38,913 nt of DNA from an uncultured Bacilli bacterium (GTDB lineage: Bacteria; Bacillota_I; Bacilli_A; RF39; UBA660), in assembly GCA_947585915.1 (NCBI GenBank), contig CANPXJ010000002.1, positions 1 to 38,913 on the forward strand. Reading direction: 5' to 3'. Positions 1-8,300 of the stretch are shown piece after piece; position 1 is the stretch's first letter; the number at the start of each line of letters is the position of its first letter. Made by a program: the position numbers and the translations under genes. The notes beneath the pieces were generated by a model. It was not told the origin of the DNA and made no database searches. It worked only from the letters and a program-made list of their open reading frames with translations.

Positions 1-332
1 TTTCTAAAATTAGTAGCTATTTTAGATTTAATACGATATCCTAAAGAAATAATCATATCTAAATTATAAAATGGAATCTCTCGTGATACCTCTCTATTTC
101 CCTCTTTTCGAACTTGTCGGAAATTCTGACATGTTGAATTTTTATCTAATTCCTCCTCTAAATATATATTATTTATATGTTCAACAATATTTGTTCTTGA
201 AGTTTTAAAAAGCAATGACATTTGTTGTTGAGATAACCAAACAGTTTCATTTTCCAATTTTACATCAATTTTAGTTTCTCCATCATCAGATTGATAAATT
301 ATTATATTATTAGAATCATACTTGTTCTCCAT
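1..332 (-). CDS. RhuM-family protein, N-terminal ~110 codons only (gene runs off the left edge of the window)
   Basis: Hand translation of the reverse strand from ATG at 332-330 (AAGGAGG 7 nt upstream) gives MENKYDSNNIIIYQSDDGETKIDVKLENETVWLSQQQMSLLFKTSRTNIVEHINNIYLEEELDKNSTCQNFRQVRKEGNREVSREIPFYNLDMIISLGYRIKSKIATNFR. It is open to position 1. The DG-x-x-x-I-x-V, TVWLSQ.QM..LF and YNLDMIIS.GYR motifs match my memory of RhuM-family N-termini. It is absent from the ORF track because it is truncated. Confidence 0.6.
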   Translation of the reverse strand, partial: MENKYDSNNIIIYQSDDGETKIDVKLENETVWLSQQQMSLLFKTSRTNIVEHINNIYLEEELDKNSTCQNFRQVRKEGNREVSREIPFYNLDMIISLGYRIKSKIATNFR

Positions 333-493
333 TTATACACCTCCTTAAATTTAAAAGATGTCAACCATTTATAATATCGCGACATCCTTTATTTTACGTA
401 ATTTTTTATCACTTTTTTGATTTTTTGGTTGACAAAATTTAAATTAGATTAAATTTTTTATTAATTAAAATCTTCTAAATTACTTTATTTATT

Positions 494-2995
494 TCATTTT
501 CCACAACAATTTTTATATTTTTTTCCCGAACCACAAGGACATGGCTCGTTCCTACCTACTTTTTTTACTCTTTTAGGTTTTGCTTTAGCTTTTGTTTTAC
601 CGTCATTAGCTAGCATTTTTTCAGGTTGTTTTCTCTCTGTGTTTTGTCTAATTTCGGCATTCATAATATAAATAGCAATTTGGGCATCGATATTATCTAA
701 CATACGATCAAATATTTCATAACCTTCCATTGCATAAGCTTGTAATGGATTAGTTTGTCCATAACCACGAAGACCAATTCCTTCTCTTAGATGTTCCATT
801 GAACTAATATGTTCAATCCAAGCATCATCTATAACACGAAGAGAAATAGCTCTTTCAAATTCATTAGCAATTTCTTTTGGTAATTCTTTTAGTTTTGCTT
901 CATACTCATCAATTACTAAATTAGATAAATAATCTACTATCTCTTCATTAGTTTTATCCTCAATTGCTTTAACTTCTATATTGGTTTTAGTTAGGTTAAC
1001 GTTAAAATATTCAACGATTTCTTTTAAATCATTTTCTGTCAAATAACCTTCTGGTTCTATATGTGATTCAATAAGGGTAGAAATATTTATTTTTAAAGTT
1101 TCAATAATTCGGGCGTGGATATCTTCATTATCTAATATTTCATTACGACGAGTATAAATAATATCTCTTTGCTCATTCATGATATCATCATAATCTAGCA
1201 AACTTTTACGCATGTCGAAGTTATTACCTTCCACTTTTTTCTGAGCTGATTCAATACTCTTAGTAAATGTTTTAGAACGAATCGCTTGATCGTCAGTAAT
1301 ACCTAGACTTTGAAGCATATTTTTAATTTTCTCTGTTCCAAAACGACGCATTAAGTCATCTTCAAAAGATACAAAGAACTGGCTCATTCCTGGATCTCCT
1401 TGACGACCTGCACGACCACGTAATTGGTTATCAATACGACGAGATTCATGACGTTCTGTTCCTAATACACAAAGTCCTCCAAGTTCAACTACTCCTTCAC
1501 CAAGTTTAATATCGGTTCCACGACCAGCCATGTTTGTCGCAATAGTTATTGCTCCTTTTTGACCAGCTTTGGCAATAATCTCCGCTTCACGGGCATGATT
1601 TTTGGCATTTAAAACTTCATGTTTTAAACCTTCTTTTTTAAGCAAAGCACTTAAATGTTCATTAGCTTCAACTGAAATTGTACCAACAAGAATTGGTTGA
1701 CCAGTTTCATGAATCTGTTTAATAGTTTTAACAATTGCTTTATATTTACCTTTTTCATTTGAATAAACAAGGTCTGCTAAATCTTCACGAATAACTGGTT
1801 TATTAGTTGGTATTTGAATAACATACATGTTATAAATATTTCTAAATTCTTCTTCTTCTGTTTTAGCTGTTCCGGTCATACCAGACAGTTTATTATACAT
1901 TCTGAATAAATTTTGGAAAGTAATTGTTGCTAAAGTTTTAGTTTCTTCATTAATAGTTACATGTTCTTTAGCTTCAATGGCTTGATGAAGACCATCACTA
2001 AATTGACGTCCATGCATTAAACGTCCCGTAAATTGATCAACAATAATTACCGCATCATCTTCAACGACATAATCAATATCTTTTTTAAATCCATAATTAG
2101 CCTTCAATGATTGATTAATATGATGAACTAAAACAGCATTATCCAAATCATATAAGTTCTTTAAATTAAAATGTTTTTCAATTTTTTCACTACCAATTTC
2201 TGATAAAGATACATTTTTAGTTTTAACATCAACTACATAATCTTCTTCTTTTAACATTTTAACAGCTTTATCAGCTTGTTCATATAAATTTTTAGCGTCA
2301 AACTTTCCACCAGAGATGATTAAAGGAGTACGCGCCTCATCAATTAAAATTGAGTCCACCTCATCAACTATACAAAAGTTTAGTGGTCTTTGTACTCTAT
2401 CTTCTTTACGAATAACCATGTTATCACGCAAATAATCAAATCCGACTTCATTATTGGTTGAATATACAATATCACAATTATAAACATCTTGTTTTTCTTT
2501 AGGAGTTAAATCTCTTAAGTTAAGACCTACTGTTAAACCTAGAAATCTAAATATCTCGCCCATCCATTCTGAGTCACGTTGTGCTAAGAATTCGTTAACG
2601 GTAATAATATGCACTCCGCGTCCATCAAGGGCATTTAAATAAGCAGGCATTGTTTCCGTTAATGTCTTTCCTTCACCAGTCTTCATCTCCGCAATATTAC
2701 CAAAATGAATCGCAAGTCCTCCTATAATTTGGACATAATAAGGCTTTTCACCAATAAGTCTATAAGCTGCTTCTCTAACCGTCGCAAAAGCTTCAACTAT
2801 TAAATCATCTAAAGTTTCCCCTTTATCTAATCTCTTTTTAAATTCATCGGTTTTAGCTTGTAGTTTCTTATCACTTAATTTAGAGTATTCTTCATCAAGT
2901 TCCATAACTTTATCAGCTATACCCTCAAACCTTTTTAATTCTTTATATTCTGAATCGATTAATTTTCTAAAAAATCCCATCTTGCATTCCTCCAA
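494..2995 (-). CDS. secA: Preprotein translocase ATPase SecA
   Basis: 833-aa ORF with Walker A MKTGEGKTL, DEVDSILIDEARTPLIIS and the C-terminal zinc-binding tail CPCGSGKKYKNCCGK. Confidence 0.97.
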   Translation of the reverse strand: MEECKMGFFRKLIDSEYKELKRFEGIADKVMELDEEYSKLSDKKLQAKTDEFKKRLDKGETLDDLIVEAFATVREAAYRLIGEKPYYVQIIGGLAIHFGNIAEMKTGEGKTLTETMPAYLNALDGRGVHIITVNEFLAQRDSEWMGEIFRFLGLTVGLNLRDLTPKEKQDVYNCDIVYSTNNEVGFDYLRDNMVIRKEDRVQRPLNFCIVDEVDSILIDEARTPLIISGGKFDAKNLYEQADKAVKMLKEEDYVVDVKTKNVSLSEIGSEKIEKHFNLKNLYDLDNAVLVHHINQSLKANYGFKKDIDYVVEDDAVIIVDQFTGRLMHGRQFSDGLHQAIEAKEHVTINEETKTLATITFQNLFRMYNKLSGMTGTAKTEEEEFRNIYNMYVIQIPTNKPVIREDLADLVYSNEKGKYKAIVKTIKQIHETGQPILVGTISVEANEHLSALLKKEGLKHEVLNAKNHAREAEIIAKAGQKGAITIATNMAGRGTDIKLGEGVVELGGLCVLGTERHESRRIDNQLRGRAGRQGDPGMSQFFVSFEDDLMRRFGTEKIKNMLQSLGITDDQAIRSKTFTKSIESAQKKVEGNNFDMRKSLLDYDDIMNEQRDIIYTRRNEILDNEDIHARIIETLKINISTLIESHIEPEGYLTENDLKEIVEYFNVNLTKTNIEVKAIEDKTNEEIVDYLSNLVIDEYEAKLKELPKEIANEFERAISLRVIDDAWIEHISSMEHLREGIGLRGYGQTNPLQAYAMEGYEIFDRMLDNIDAQIAIYIMNAEIRQNTERKQPEKMLANDGKTKAKAKPKRVKKVGRNEPCPCGSGKKYKNCCGK

Positions 2996-3016
2996 CTAGT
3001 ATTTTAACACAAATAA

Positions 3017-3034
3017 AAAGAGTTTTCACTCTTT
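3017..3034 (-). terminator. Hairpin between hpf and secA (possible terminator or attenuator)
   Basis: On the minus strand, AAAGAGT-gaaa-ACTCTTT (7-bp stem) is followed by the T-rich ttatttg. It overlaps the hpf stop codon by 2 nt. Confidence 0.45.
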
Positions 3035-3563
3035 ATTTCATATTTATTAGCCCATAATGGCCATCCTTTCGCTTATAAACCACAGAAATGCACTCTTCTT
3101 TAACATTTTTAAAAGCAAAAAAGTCATGATTTATAAGTTCCATTTGTAAAATTGCTTCTTCTTCATCCATTGGTTTTGATTCAATTGTTTTTCTTTTTAC
3201 TATCTTTTCTTCATTTTCTTTTTCTTTCACCTCAAAGTTAAAATCAAAATCAACAACCTCAGCATTTTTGTATCTGTTATTAAGTCTAGTTTTATTTTTT
3301 CTTATCTGTCTTTCTAGTTTATCAATAACTAAATCAGTTGCGGCGTATAAATCTTTATGAGATTCTTCTGCTCTTAAAGTAAATTTATGAGTTGGTACCG
3401 TTACCTCTATAATTTGTTCTGCCCCTCTAATTCTAACTTTAATAAAAGCTTCTTGAGATTCACTATCTTCAAAATAACGATTTAAACGCTCCATTTTAGT
3501 TTCTATATATTCTTTTATTGCTGGTGTTATTTCAACTTTTTCACCACGTATATTAAGTTTCAT
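3033..3563 (-). CDS. hpf: Ribosome hibernation promoting factor (long HPF)
   Basis: 176 aa. N-terminal MKLNIRGEKVEITPAIKEYIETKMERLNRYF and a C-terminal dimerisation-type segment KPMDEEEAILQMELINHDFFAFKN..VVYKRKDGHYGLI. It lies upstream of secA, as in Bacillus. Confidence 0.9.
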   Translation of the reverse strand: MKLNIRGEKVEITPAIKEYIETKMERLNRYFEDSESQEAFIKVRIRGAEQIIEVTVPTHKFTLRAEESHKDLYAATDLVIDKLERQIRKNKTRLNNRYKNAEVVDFDFNFEVKEKENEEKIVKRKTIESKPMDEEEAILQMELINHDFFAFKNVKEECISVVYKRKDGHYGLINMK

Positions 3564-3602
3564 TAATATACCTCCTTCTTTACTAAATTATATCATTTGT
3601 TA

Positions 3603-3628
3603 ATAAAAAAAACTACTAAATAGTAGTT
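3603..3628 (-). terminator. Rho-independent terminator of the cold-shock gene
   Basis: On the minus strand, AACTACT-attt-AGTAGTT (7-bp stem, with the stop codon TAG spanning the loop and the 3' arm) is followed by a run of 8 T. Confidence 0.7.
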
Positions 3629-3828
3629 AATTGTACTTCTTTTACCTCTTGTGCTTGTAGTCCTTTAGAAGTTTCAATAAGTTTAAAATCAACGATATCG
3701 CCTTCTTTTAAAGTCTTGTAACCTTCTTTGATGATTGCTGAATAATGCACGAAAATATCTTCAAGGTCATTGTATTTAATAAATCCAAAACCTTTTTCGG
3801 CATTAAACCACTTAACAGTTCCTCTCAT
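3616..3828 (-). CDS. Cold-shock protein (CspA family)
   Basis: RNP-1 KGFGFI and RNP-2-like DIFVHYSAI motifs. The ORF track starts at 3837 (MIVM...). I prefer the ATG at 3828 (MRGTVKWFN) because GGTGAGGTG lies about 8 nt upstream. Confidence 0.93.
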   Translation of the reverse strand: MRGTVKWFNAEKGFGFIKYNDLEDIFVHYSAIIKEGYKTLKEGDIVDFKLIETSKGLQAQEVKEVQLTTI

Positions 3829-3949
3829 TACTATCACACCTCACCTTCTGCAACTACTACTAATATACCTCACCACTATAATAAGAATCAACAAAAAGCG
3901 TTCGACAAATTCTGCAGACTTTATCTTATTAAAAATAGTGGCGTGTTCT

Positions 3950-3978
3950 ATTTTACCAAAATATGGGTTATATGATTA
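3950..3978 (-). promoter_or_regulatory. Candidate extended -10 promoter for the cold-shock gene
   Basis: On the minus strand, TGgTAAAAT (plus 3950-3958) has a weak -35 TAATCA 17 nt upstream. This would give a roughly 115-nt 5' UTR, as is usual for csp genes. Confidence 0.35.
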
Positions 3979-3984
3979 AAAGTT

Positions 3985-4016
3985 TGTCTAAAAGTATCGT
4001 TTTTGTGTCTAAAAAG
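3985..4016 (+). promoter_or_regulatory. Direct repeat TGTCTAAAAG x2 with 21-bp period upstream of agrB (candidate LytTR regulator site)
   Basis: TGTCTAAAAG at 3985-3994 and TGTCTAAAAAG at 4006-4016, start to start 21 bp. LytTR regulators such as AgrA bind paired 9-bp direct repeats at about this spacing. Confidence 0.35.
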
Positions 4017-4132
4017 TTTATAATGTTAAGTTACAGTTAATAATTCAGACTATTGAAACTTTAAAAAATCATTTTAAGACCTAAATTAAAATTTATCAAA
4101 AAATATTTGTTATTATCGAATTGTGAAGTAGT

Positions 4133-4735
4133 ATGAAAAAGAAATTTTTAGATTATTCAATGAATTTAATAAAAGAAAAAAATAATTACAGCGATATAAA
4201 ATTAGCTGAATTAAAATATGGACTAGAAGCGTTTTATATGTTAGCAACCAAACTACTAGTTATATTTGTTTTAGCGATTGTACTAGGTTTGTTTAAAGAA
4301 TTAATGTTATTTATGTTTTTTTATACTCCTCTTAGAGGGTTAGGTTTTGGCTTTCATGCAAACAGTAGTATAGAGTGTTGGATTATAAGCTTACCCACTT
4401 TTATAATTATACCTTTTTTAGCAAAAACACTTTCTATTCCCATATATATAATTCATATAATAATCTTATTTTCAGTAATATCATTTTTGTTTTTTGCTCC
4501 AGCTGATTCCCACAAAAAACCTTTAGTAAATACTAAAAAAAGATTAATAAATAAATCAATATTAGTAATAATTAGTTTAATTTATTTATTTTTAACAATC
4601 ATTATTAAAAATGAACTTATTATAAACACTTTAATGTTTGCTTCTTTATGGCAAGCTATCTGTGTAAATCCCTTAATATATAAATTATTTAATCAACCAT
4701 TTAATAATTATAAAACATATTTAAAAGAGGTTTAA
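4133..4735 (+). CDS. agrB: AgrB-family membrane endopeptidase (autoinducing-peptide maturation)
   Basis: 200-aa polytopic ORF. PLRGLGFGFHANSSIECW gives R68-G69...H75...C82, the same R/G-7-H-7-C spacing as the S. aureus AgrB R70/G71/H77/C84 catalytic set. It is followed by an agrD-like mini-ORF. Confidence 0.85.
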   Translation: MKKKFLDYSMNLIKEKNNYSDIKLAELKYGLEAFYMLATKLLVIFVLAIVLGLFKELMLFMFFYTPLRGLGFGFHANSSIECWIISLPTFIIIPFLAKTLSIPIYIIHIIILFSVISFLFFAPADSHKKPLVNTKKRLINKSILVIISLIYLFLTIIIKNELIINTLMFASLWQAICVNPLIYKLFNQPFNNYKTYLKEV

Positions 4736-4785
4736 ATGAATTAAAATATATTTAAACAAAATTTAGTAGTAAAGGAGGTAAAATA

Positions 4786-4899
4786 ATGTTAGCAAATATT
4801 TTTGCAGGTATTGGTTCAATTTGCTCACACGCTGTTTCTACATTTACTTTAATGTGGATAGCTGATGAACCTGAATGTCCAAAATCTTTAATTAAATAA
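4786..4899 (+). CDS. agrD: AgrD-like autoinducing-peptide precursor (37 aa), not in the ORF track
   Basis: AAAGGAGG lies 7 nt upstream of the ATG at 4786. Translation: MLANIFAGIGSICSHAVSTFTLMWIADEPECPKSLIK. It has a hydrophobic or amphipathic leader, and its acidic tail DEPECPKSL aligns with the S. aureus DEVEVPKEL recognition tail. It sits 50 nt downstream of agrB. Confidence 0.75.
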   Translation: MLANIFAGIGSICSHAVSTFTLMWIADEPECPKSLIK

Positions 4900-4902
4900 T
4901 TT

Positions 4903-4930
4903 AAGACGCATTATTTCGATGATGCGTCTT
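4903..4930. terminator. Shared hairpin between the convergent agrBD and regulator/kinase operons
   Basis: AAGACGCAT (4903-4911), a 10-nt loop, then ATGCGTCTT (4922-4930), followed by T-rich sequence on the plus strand. The hairpin also encodes the last codons of the kinase on the minus strand. Confidence 0.6.
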
Positions 4931-6206
4931 TTAGTTTTACTTTAATGGTTACTTTGAACAAATTATTTATAACTTCTTTTTTTAACGACAAAAAATCAAC
5001 TTCCTTTTTTGCCGTTTTTTCTATATAGTTTAAACCAAGACCACCTTTTTTATTTTTTGTTGAATAGTTTTTTTGACCAATTTTATTTAAATCAATTTCA
5101 TTATTAAATGTATTTATGAATTCTAATATTAAATTGTTTTTGATTTGTTTTATTTCGATATATATAACTTTTTCTTTGGTTTTTTCGGAAGCATAAATAG
5201 CATTATCTAAAACAATACCAATTACATCGCATAAGTAAGAATATTGTTTAGACGTTAGCTTCTTTAAATTAGTTTCTTTAATACTACTATTTATTTCAAT
5301 ATTTAGCTTTCTTTTTTTTAATTCTTCTAATTTCAAATAAATTAAACCTTGTAATCCTTTAGGCATTTTATCAAAATTATTTATCCACTCATAATTCTTA
5401 TTATATTTTTTCAATTTTTCATCAATTAATTTTTGAGACTTTTTTGATGAAATGCTTTTTATAGCAAGCAAATCATTATTTAAATTATGTTTTAATTCTT
5501 TATAATCATCAATAATTTGCTCGTATTTATTAATTTTTTCTTGCAAATCTTTAGATTTAATCATGTATATTTCATTTTTATAATTGATTTTTAATATATT
5601 AACAATTAAAATGGATACAAAAAATAATATTATAGCATTGAATATATTATTCATGTTATTTTTATAATCTATATTAAACCGAATTAAGATAAGATTTAAT
5701 AAAACTATAGTTATTATAAAAATAAACTCTACAGTAATTTTCTTTTCTAAATAGTTTACTAATTTATATGTTTTTTTTCTTATAAGTTTGTTAGAAAAAA
5801 ACATATATAATAATATCATTAAAATTATAGTTATTCCATATTTTAAAAATAACATTTTATTTAATTGGTTAACATCTTTTATAAATAAAGCCAAAATATA
5901 GCAAATGATAAATTCAATTACCATAGAAAAAATGCTAATGATAATACATGTTAAAATTGTTTCTTTTAGATTTTTTTTAAACCAAATATAATTTAACAAA
6001 ACCAATAATGTAAAACTAATTAAAATTTTAAATATATTTACATTATAAAAATTATTTATAAAATTTATAAGTGAAACAAAAAATAATAATATAATCTTAT
6101 TTTTATTTATATTTAAATTATAGTTATTAATATATTTGAAACATAAAACATGAACAAATTCAGTTAATAACATTAATATTATTCCAATAATGACTCCCGT
6201 TATCAT
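4911..6206 (-). CDS. agrC: AgrC-like (HPK10 subfamily) membrane sensor histidine kinase
   Basis: 431 aa. The N-terminal ~200 residues are multi-pass hydrophobic. H-box YKELKHNLNNDLLAIKS, N-box VLDNAIYAS, G-box KKGGLGLNYIEK. There is a 4-nt ATGA overlap with the upstream LytTR regulator. Confidence 0.8.
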   Translation of the reverse strand: MITGVIIGIILMLLTEFVHVLCFKYINNYNLNINKNKIILLFFVSLINFINNFYNVNIFKILISFTLLVLLNYIWFKKNLKETILTCIIISIFSMVIEFIICYILALFIKDVNQLNKMLFLKYGITIILMILLYMFFSNKLIRKKTYKLVNYLEKKITVEFIFIITIVLLNLILIRFNIDYKNNMNNIFNAIILFFVSILIVNILKINYKNEIYMIKSKDLQEKINKYEQIIDDYKELKHNLNNDLLAIKSISSKKSQKLIDEKLKKYNKNYEWINNFDKMPKGLQGLIYLKLEELKKRKLNIEINSSIKETNLKKLTSKQYSYLCDVIGIVLDNAIYASEKTKEKVIYIEIKQIKNNLILEFINTFNNEIDLNKIGQKNYSTKNKKGGLGLNYIEKTAKKEVDFLSLKKEVINNLFKVTIKVKLKDASSK

Positions 6207-6907
6207 ATCATCTCATCCCTATACTTTTTAGATAAAAAATTAACTTCTTCTTTTGTATCTAAAATAAATTTACCATCTTTCCAATCATATTTAGAAATTC
6301 TTTGCGTATTGGCAATACATGATCTATGAACTTTTTTAAATCGATCATCTAAATCTTTTAAAATATCATCTAATGATTTATTAACTAAAAAAGAATTATT
6401 AGTAGTTTTAATAACTAACTTTCTTTCATCTTTATCACGATAAATATATAAAATATCTTTCATATAAATTTGTAAATCTATTTGATTATTTTTATATTTA
6501 AAAATTCCCTTATCATATTTTTTCTTTAATATAAGATCTATACATTTACTAAGTCTTTCTTCCATATGATCAAATTTTTCAATAAATTTAAATACTTTTA
6601 GGATACTATTATAAACTTTTTGTTCGTAACTAGTATGATTTGTTAAAAATATTATTTCACTATCCCAATCTTTTTCTCTAATTTTTAACCCAATATTAAT
6701 ACCAGTAATTTTACTTTGCAGACAAATATCTAAAATATATATTTTTCTTTGAGATAAATCGTCAATTTCTTTTAGTAAAGAAGCATTATATTTTTTATAG
6801 TAACTTACCTTTATAGTTTCATTATATTTAAAATAGAAAGGGTCTAATATTTCTTGAATTGTTTCTTGATCTTTTATATCATCTTCTACTACTATAATCT
6901 TTATCAT
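6203..6907 (-). CDS. agrA: LytTR-family response regulator (AgrA-like)
   Basis: 234 aa. Receiver domain (IIVVEDD, IYILDI) plus a C-terminal LytTR-type segment (...KVHRSCIANTQRISKYD...). Confidence 0.8.
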   Translation of the reverse strand: MIKIIVVEDDIKDQETIQEILDPFYFKYNETIKVSYYKKYNASLLKEIDDLSQRKIYILDICLQSKITGINIGLKIREKDWDSEIIFLTNHTSYEQKVYNSILKVFKFIEKFDHMEERLSKCIDLILKKKYDKGIFKYKNNQIDLQIYMKDILYIYRDKDERKLVIKTTNNSFLVNKSLDDILKDLDDRFKKVHRSCIANTQRISKYDWKDGKFILDTKEEVNFLSKKYRDEMI

Positions 6908-6932
6908 ACTACCAACTGCCTTAACGATTTAA

Positions 6933-6959
6933 ATTATATCACAATTTTTCTAATAGCAA
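6933..6959 (-). promoter_or_regulatory. Candidate extended -10 promoter of the regulator/kinase operon
   Basis: On the minus strand, TGaTATAAT (plus 6933-6941). The best -35, TTGCTA, is only 15 nt upstream, which is suboptimal spacing. Confidence 0.4.
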
Positions 6960-6975
6960 AATAAAAACAATAGAT

Positions 6976-7566
6976 TTATTTATCCATTATTTTGTTCATT
7001 TTTTGGATTATATATTTGTTTCCTTCAAAATAAGTAAAAGTTTTAATTTGTAATTTTTCTTCTATTTTTCTAGCTAACTCTTCGATTTTACTAAAGTTTC
7101 CTATAACTCTTAATTCATTTATTTTGGATTGTTTTTCTAAAAAGTTAAGTATTTCCTCTTGAATATCTTGATTAAAATTATTATAATCTAAAAAATAATT
7201 TTTATTTTGAATTGTTATTAAGGCATTTTTATGGTTAACATTAATAGTATCATTATCAATTATGCTATTATATTTAATAAATTTTACTTTATTAAAAGAT
7301 AATTTTTCAAAGACTGACATAATTAATTCTTTATCGCTCTTTAAATAATTTGGATATTCCAAAATAAAAATATCTTTTCCTAATAAAGAATCATTTAATT
7401 TATTCTTCTTTAGTATTTTATTAAAAAAACGATAAAATTCTTCCGTTTGAGCAATACGATTGTTTACGATTAAAGTTTTATCGACCTTTTCTTCATAAAT
7501 ATTATCTTTTGAAGCTAAATATACACAATCATCTGTTAAATAAACAGCAATATTTTTCTTGGCCAT
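6976..7566 (-). CDS. Hypothetical protein (196 aa)
   Basis: Long ORF with AAGGAGG upstream and no motif I recognise. It lies downstream of the spoIIQ-like gene on the same strand. Confidence 0.75.
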   Translation of the reverse strand: MAKKNIAVYLTDDCVYLASKDNIYEEKVDKTLIVNNRIAQTEEFYRFFNKILKKNKLNDSLLGKDIFILEYPNYLKSDKELIMSVFEKLSFNKVKFIKYNSIIDNDTINVNHKNALITIQNKNYFLDYNNFNQDIQEEILNFLEKQSKINELRVIGNFSKIEELARKIEEKLQIKTFTYFEGNKYIIQKMNKIMDK

Positions 7567-7605
7567 AGTATCCTCCTTTTTATAATATACCCAAAGAAAA
7601 AAAGC

Positions 7606-8250
7606 TTATTCTGCTAAAGCTTTTAAATCCATTTCATAGAATTTTTCAGGGTCAATTAATTGTCCTTTATTATAAACTTCAAATAACAAACAATTTTTAT
7701 TAGTATTATTTAGTTTATTTTCTCCACTTGTGGCAATAACATCGCCTTGTTTTACTTCATCACCAACTTTAACTTTTACATCATTTACACTTTGATAAGT
7801 AGTCTTAAGTTCATTATTGTGCTCAATTACAATAACATTTCCTAAAATTTCATCTTCTTTAACTTCACTTACTTTTCCATCTAAAACAGCAACTACATCA
7901 TAAGTATTTTCAGATGTGTATAAAGTTCCAGAATTTTGCATATAAGTATTTTCATAATAAATTAGTGATTGTTCTTGCGTTGCTTCATCAGCATCTTTAT
8001 CATAAAAATTCTTACTAATTGTTACTCCTTCAGCTGTATAAGGTTTTACTACTTTATCATTTGTTAAGTTAATAACTTCTTCTGCCTCATCGTCAAGTAA
8101 AGCATTTACTACATAAGAATTTAAATCTTCCTTAGTATACGAACTTAGGGTTTTGCCAATTAAGACTACACTAATTAAAACAGCAGATATGGCTATAGTA
8201 TAGATAGTTGGTAATACGAATTTTTTTAGTCTTCTTACTTTTACTTTCAT
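7606..8250 (-). CDS. Membrane-anchored degenerate M23/LytM-domain protein (SpoIIQ-like)
   Basis: N-terminal TM segment (VLPTIYTIAISAVLISVVLIG). LytM core GNVIVIEHNNELKTTYQSV...GDEVKQGDVIATSG...NCLLFEVYNKGQLIDP. The canonical H-L-H of HLHFEV is replaced by C-L-L. It is adjacent to spoIID. Confidence 0.7.
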   Translation of the reverse strand: MKVKVRRLKKFVLPTIYTIAISAVLISVVLIGKTLSSYTKEDLNSYVVNALLDDEAEEVINLTNDKVVKPYTAEGVTISKNFYDKDADEATQEQSLIYYENTYMQNSGTLYTSENTYDVVAVLDGKVSEVKEDEILGNVIVIEHNNELKTTYQSVNDVKVKVGDEVKQGDVIATSGENKLNNTNKNCLLFEVYNKGQLIDPEKFYEMDLKALAE

Positions 8251-8300
8251 GTTCTCACCTTCCTATTAATAAGTGTGAACATATTTAATTATTTTATTCT

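Noticed and set aside
358-390. GATGTC...GACATC inverted repeat between the RhuM-family gene and secA, considered as the secA terminator.
   Set aside because: It has only a 6-bp stem with an 18-nt loop and no clear T-run, so it is not convincing as an intrinsic terminator.
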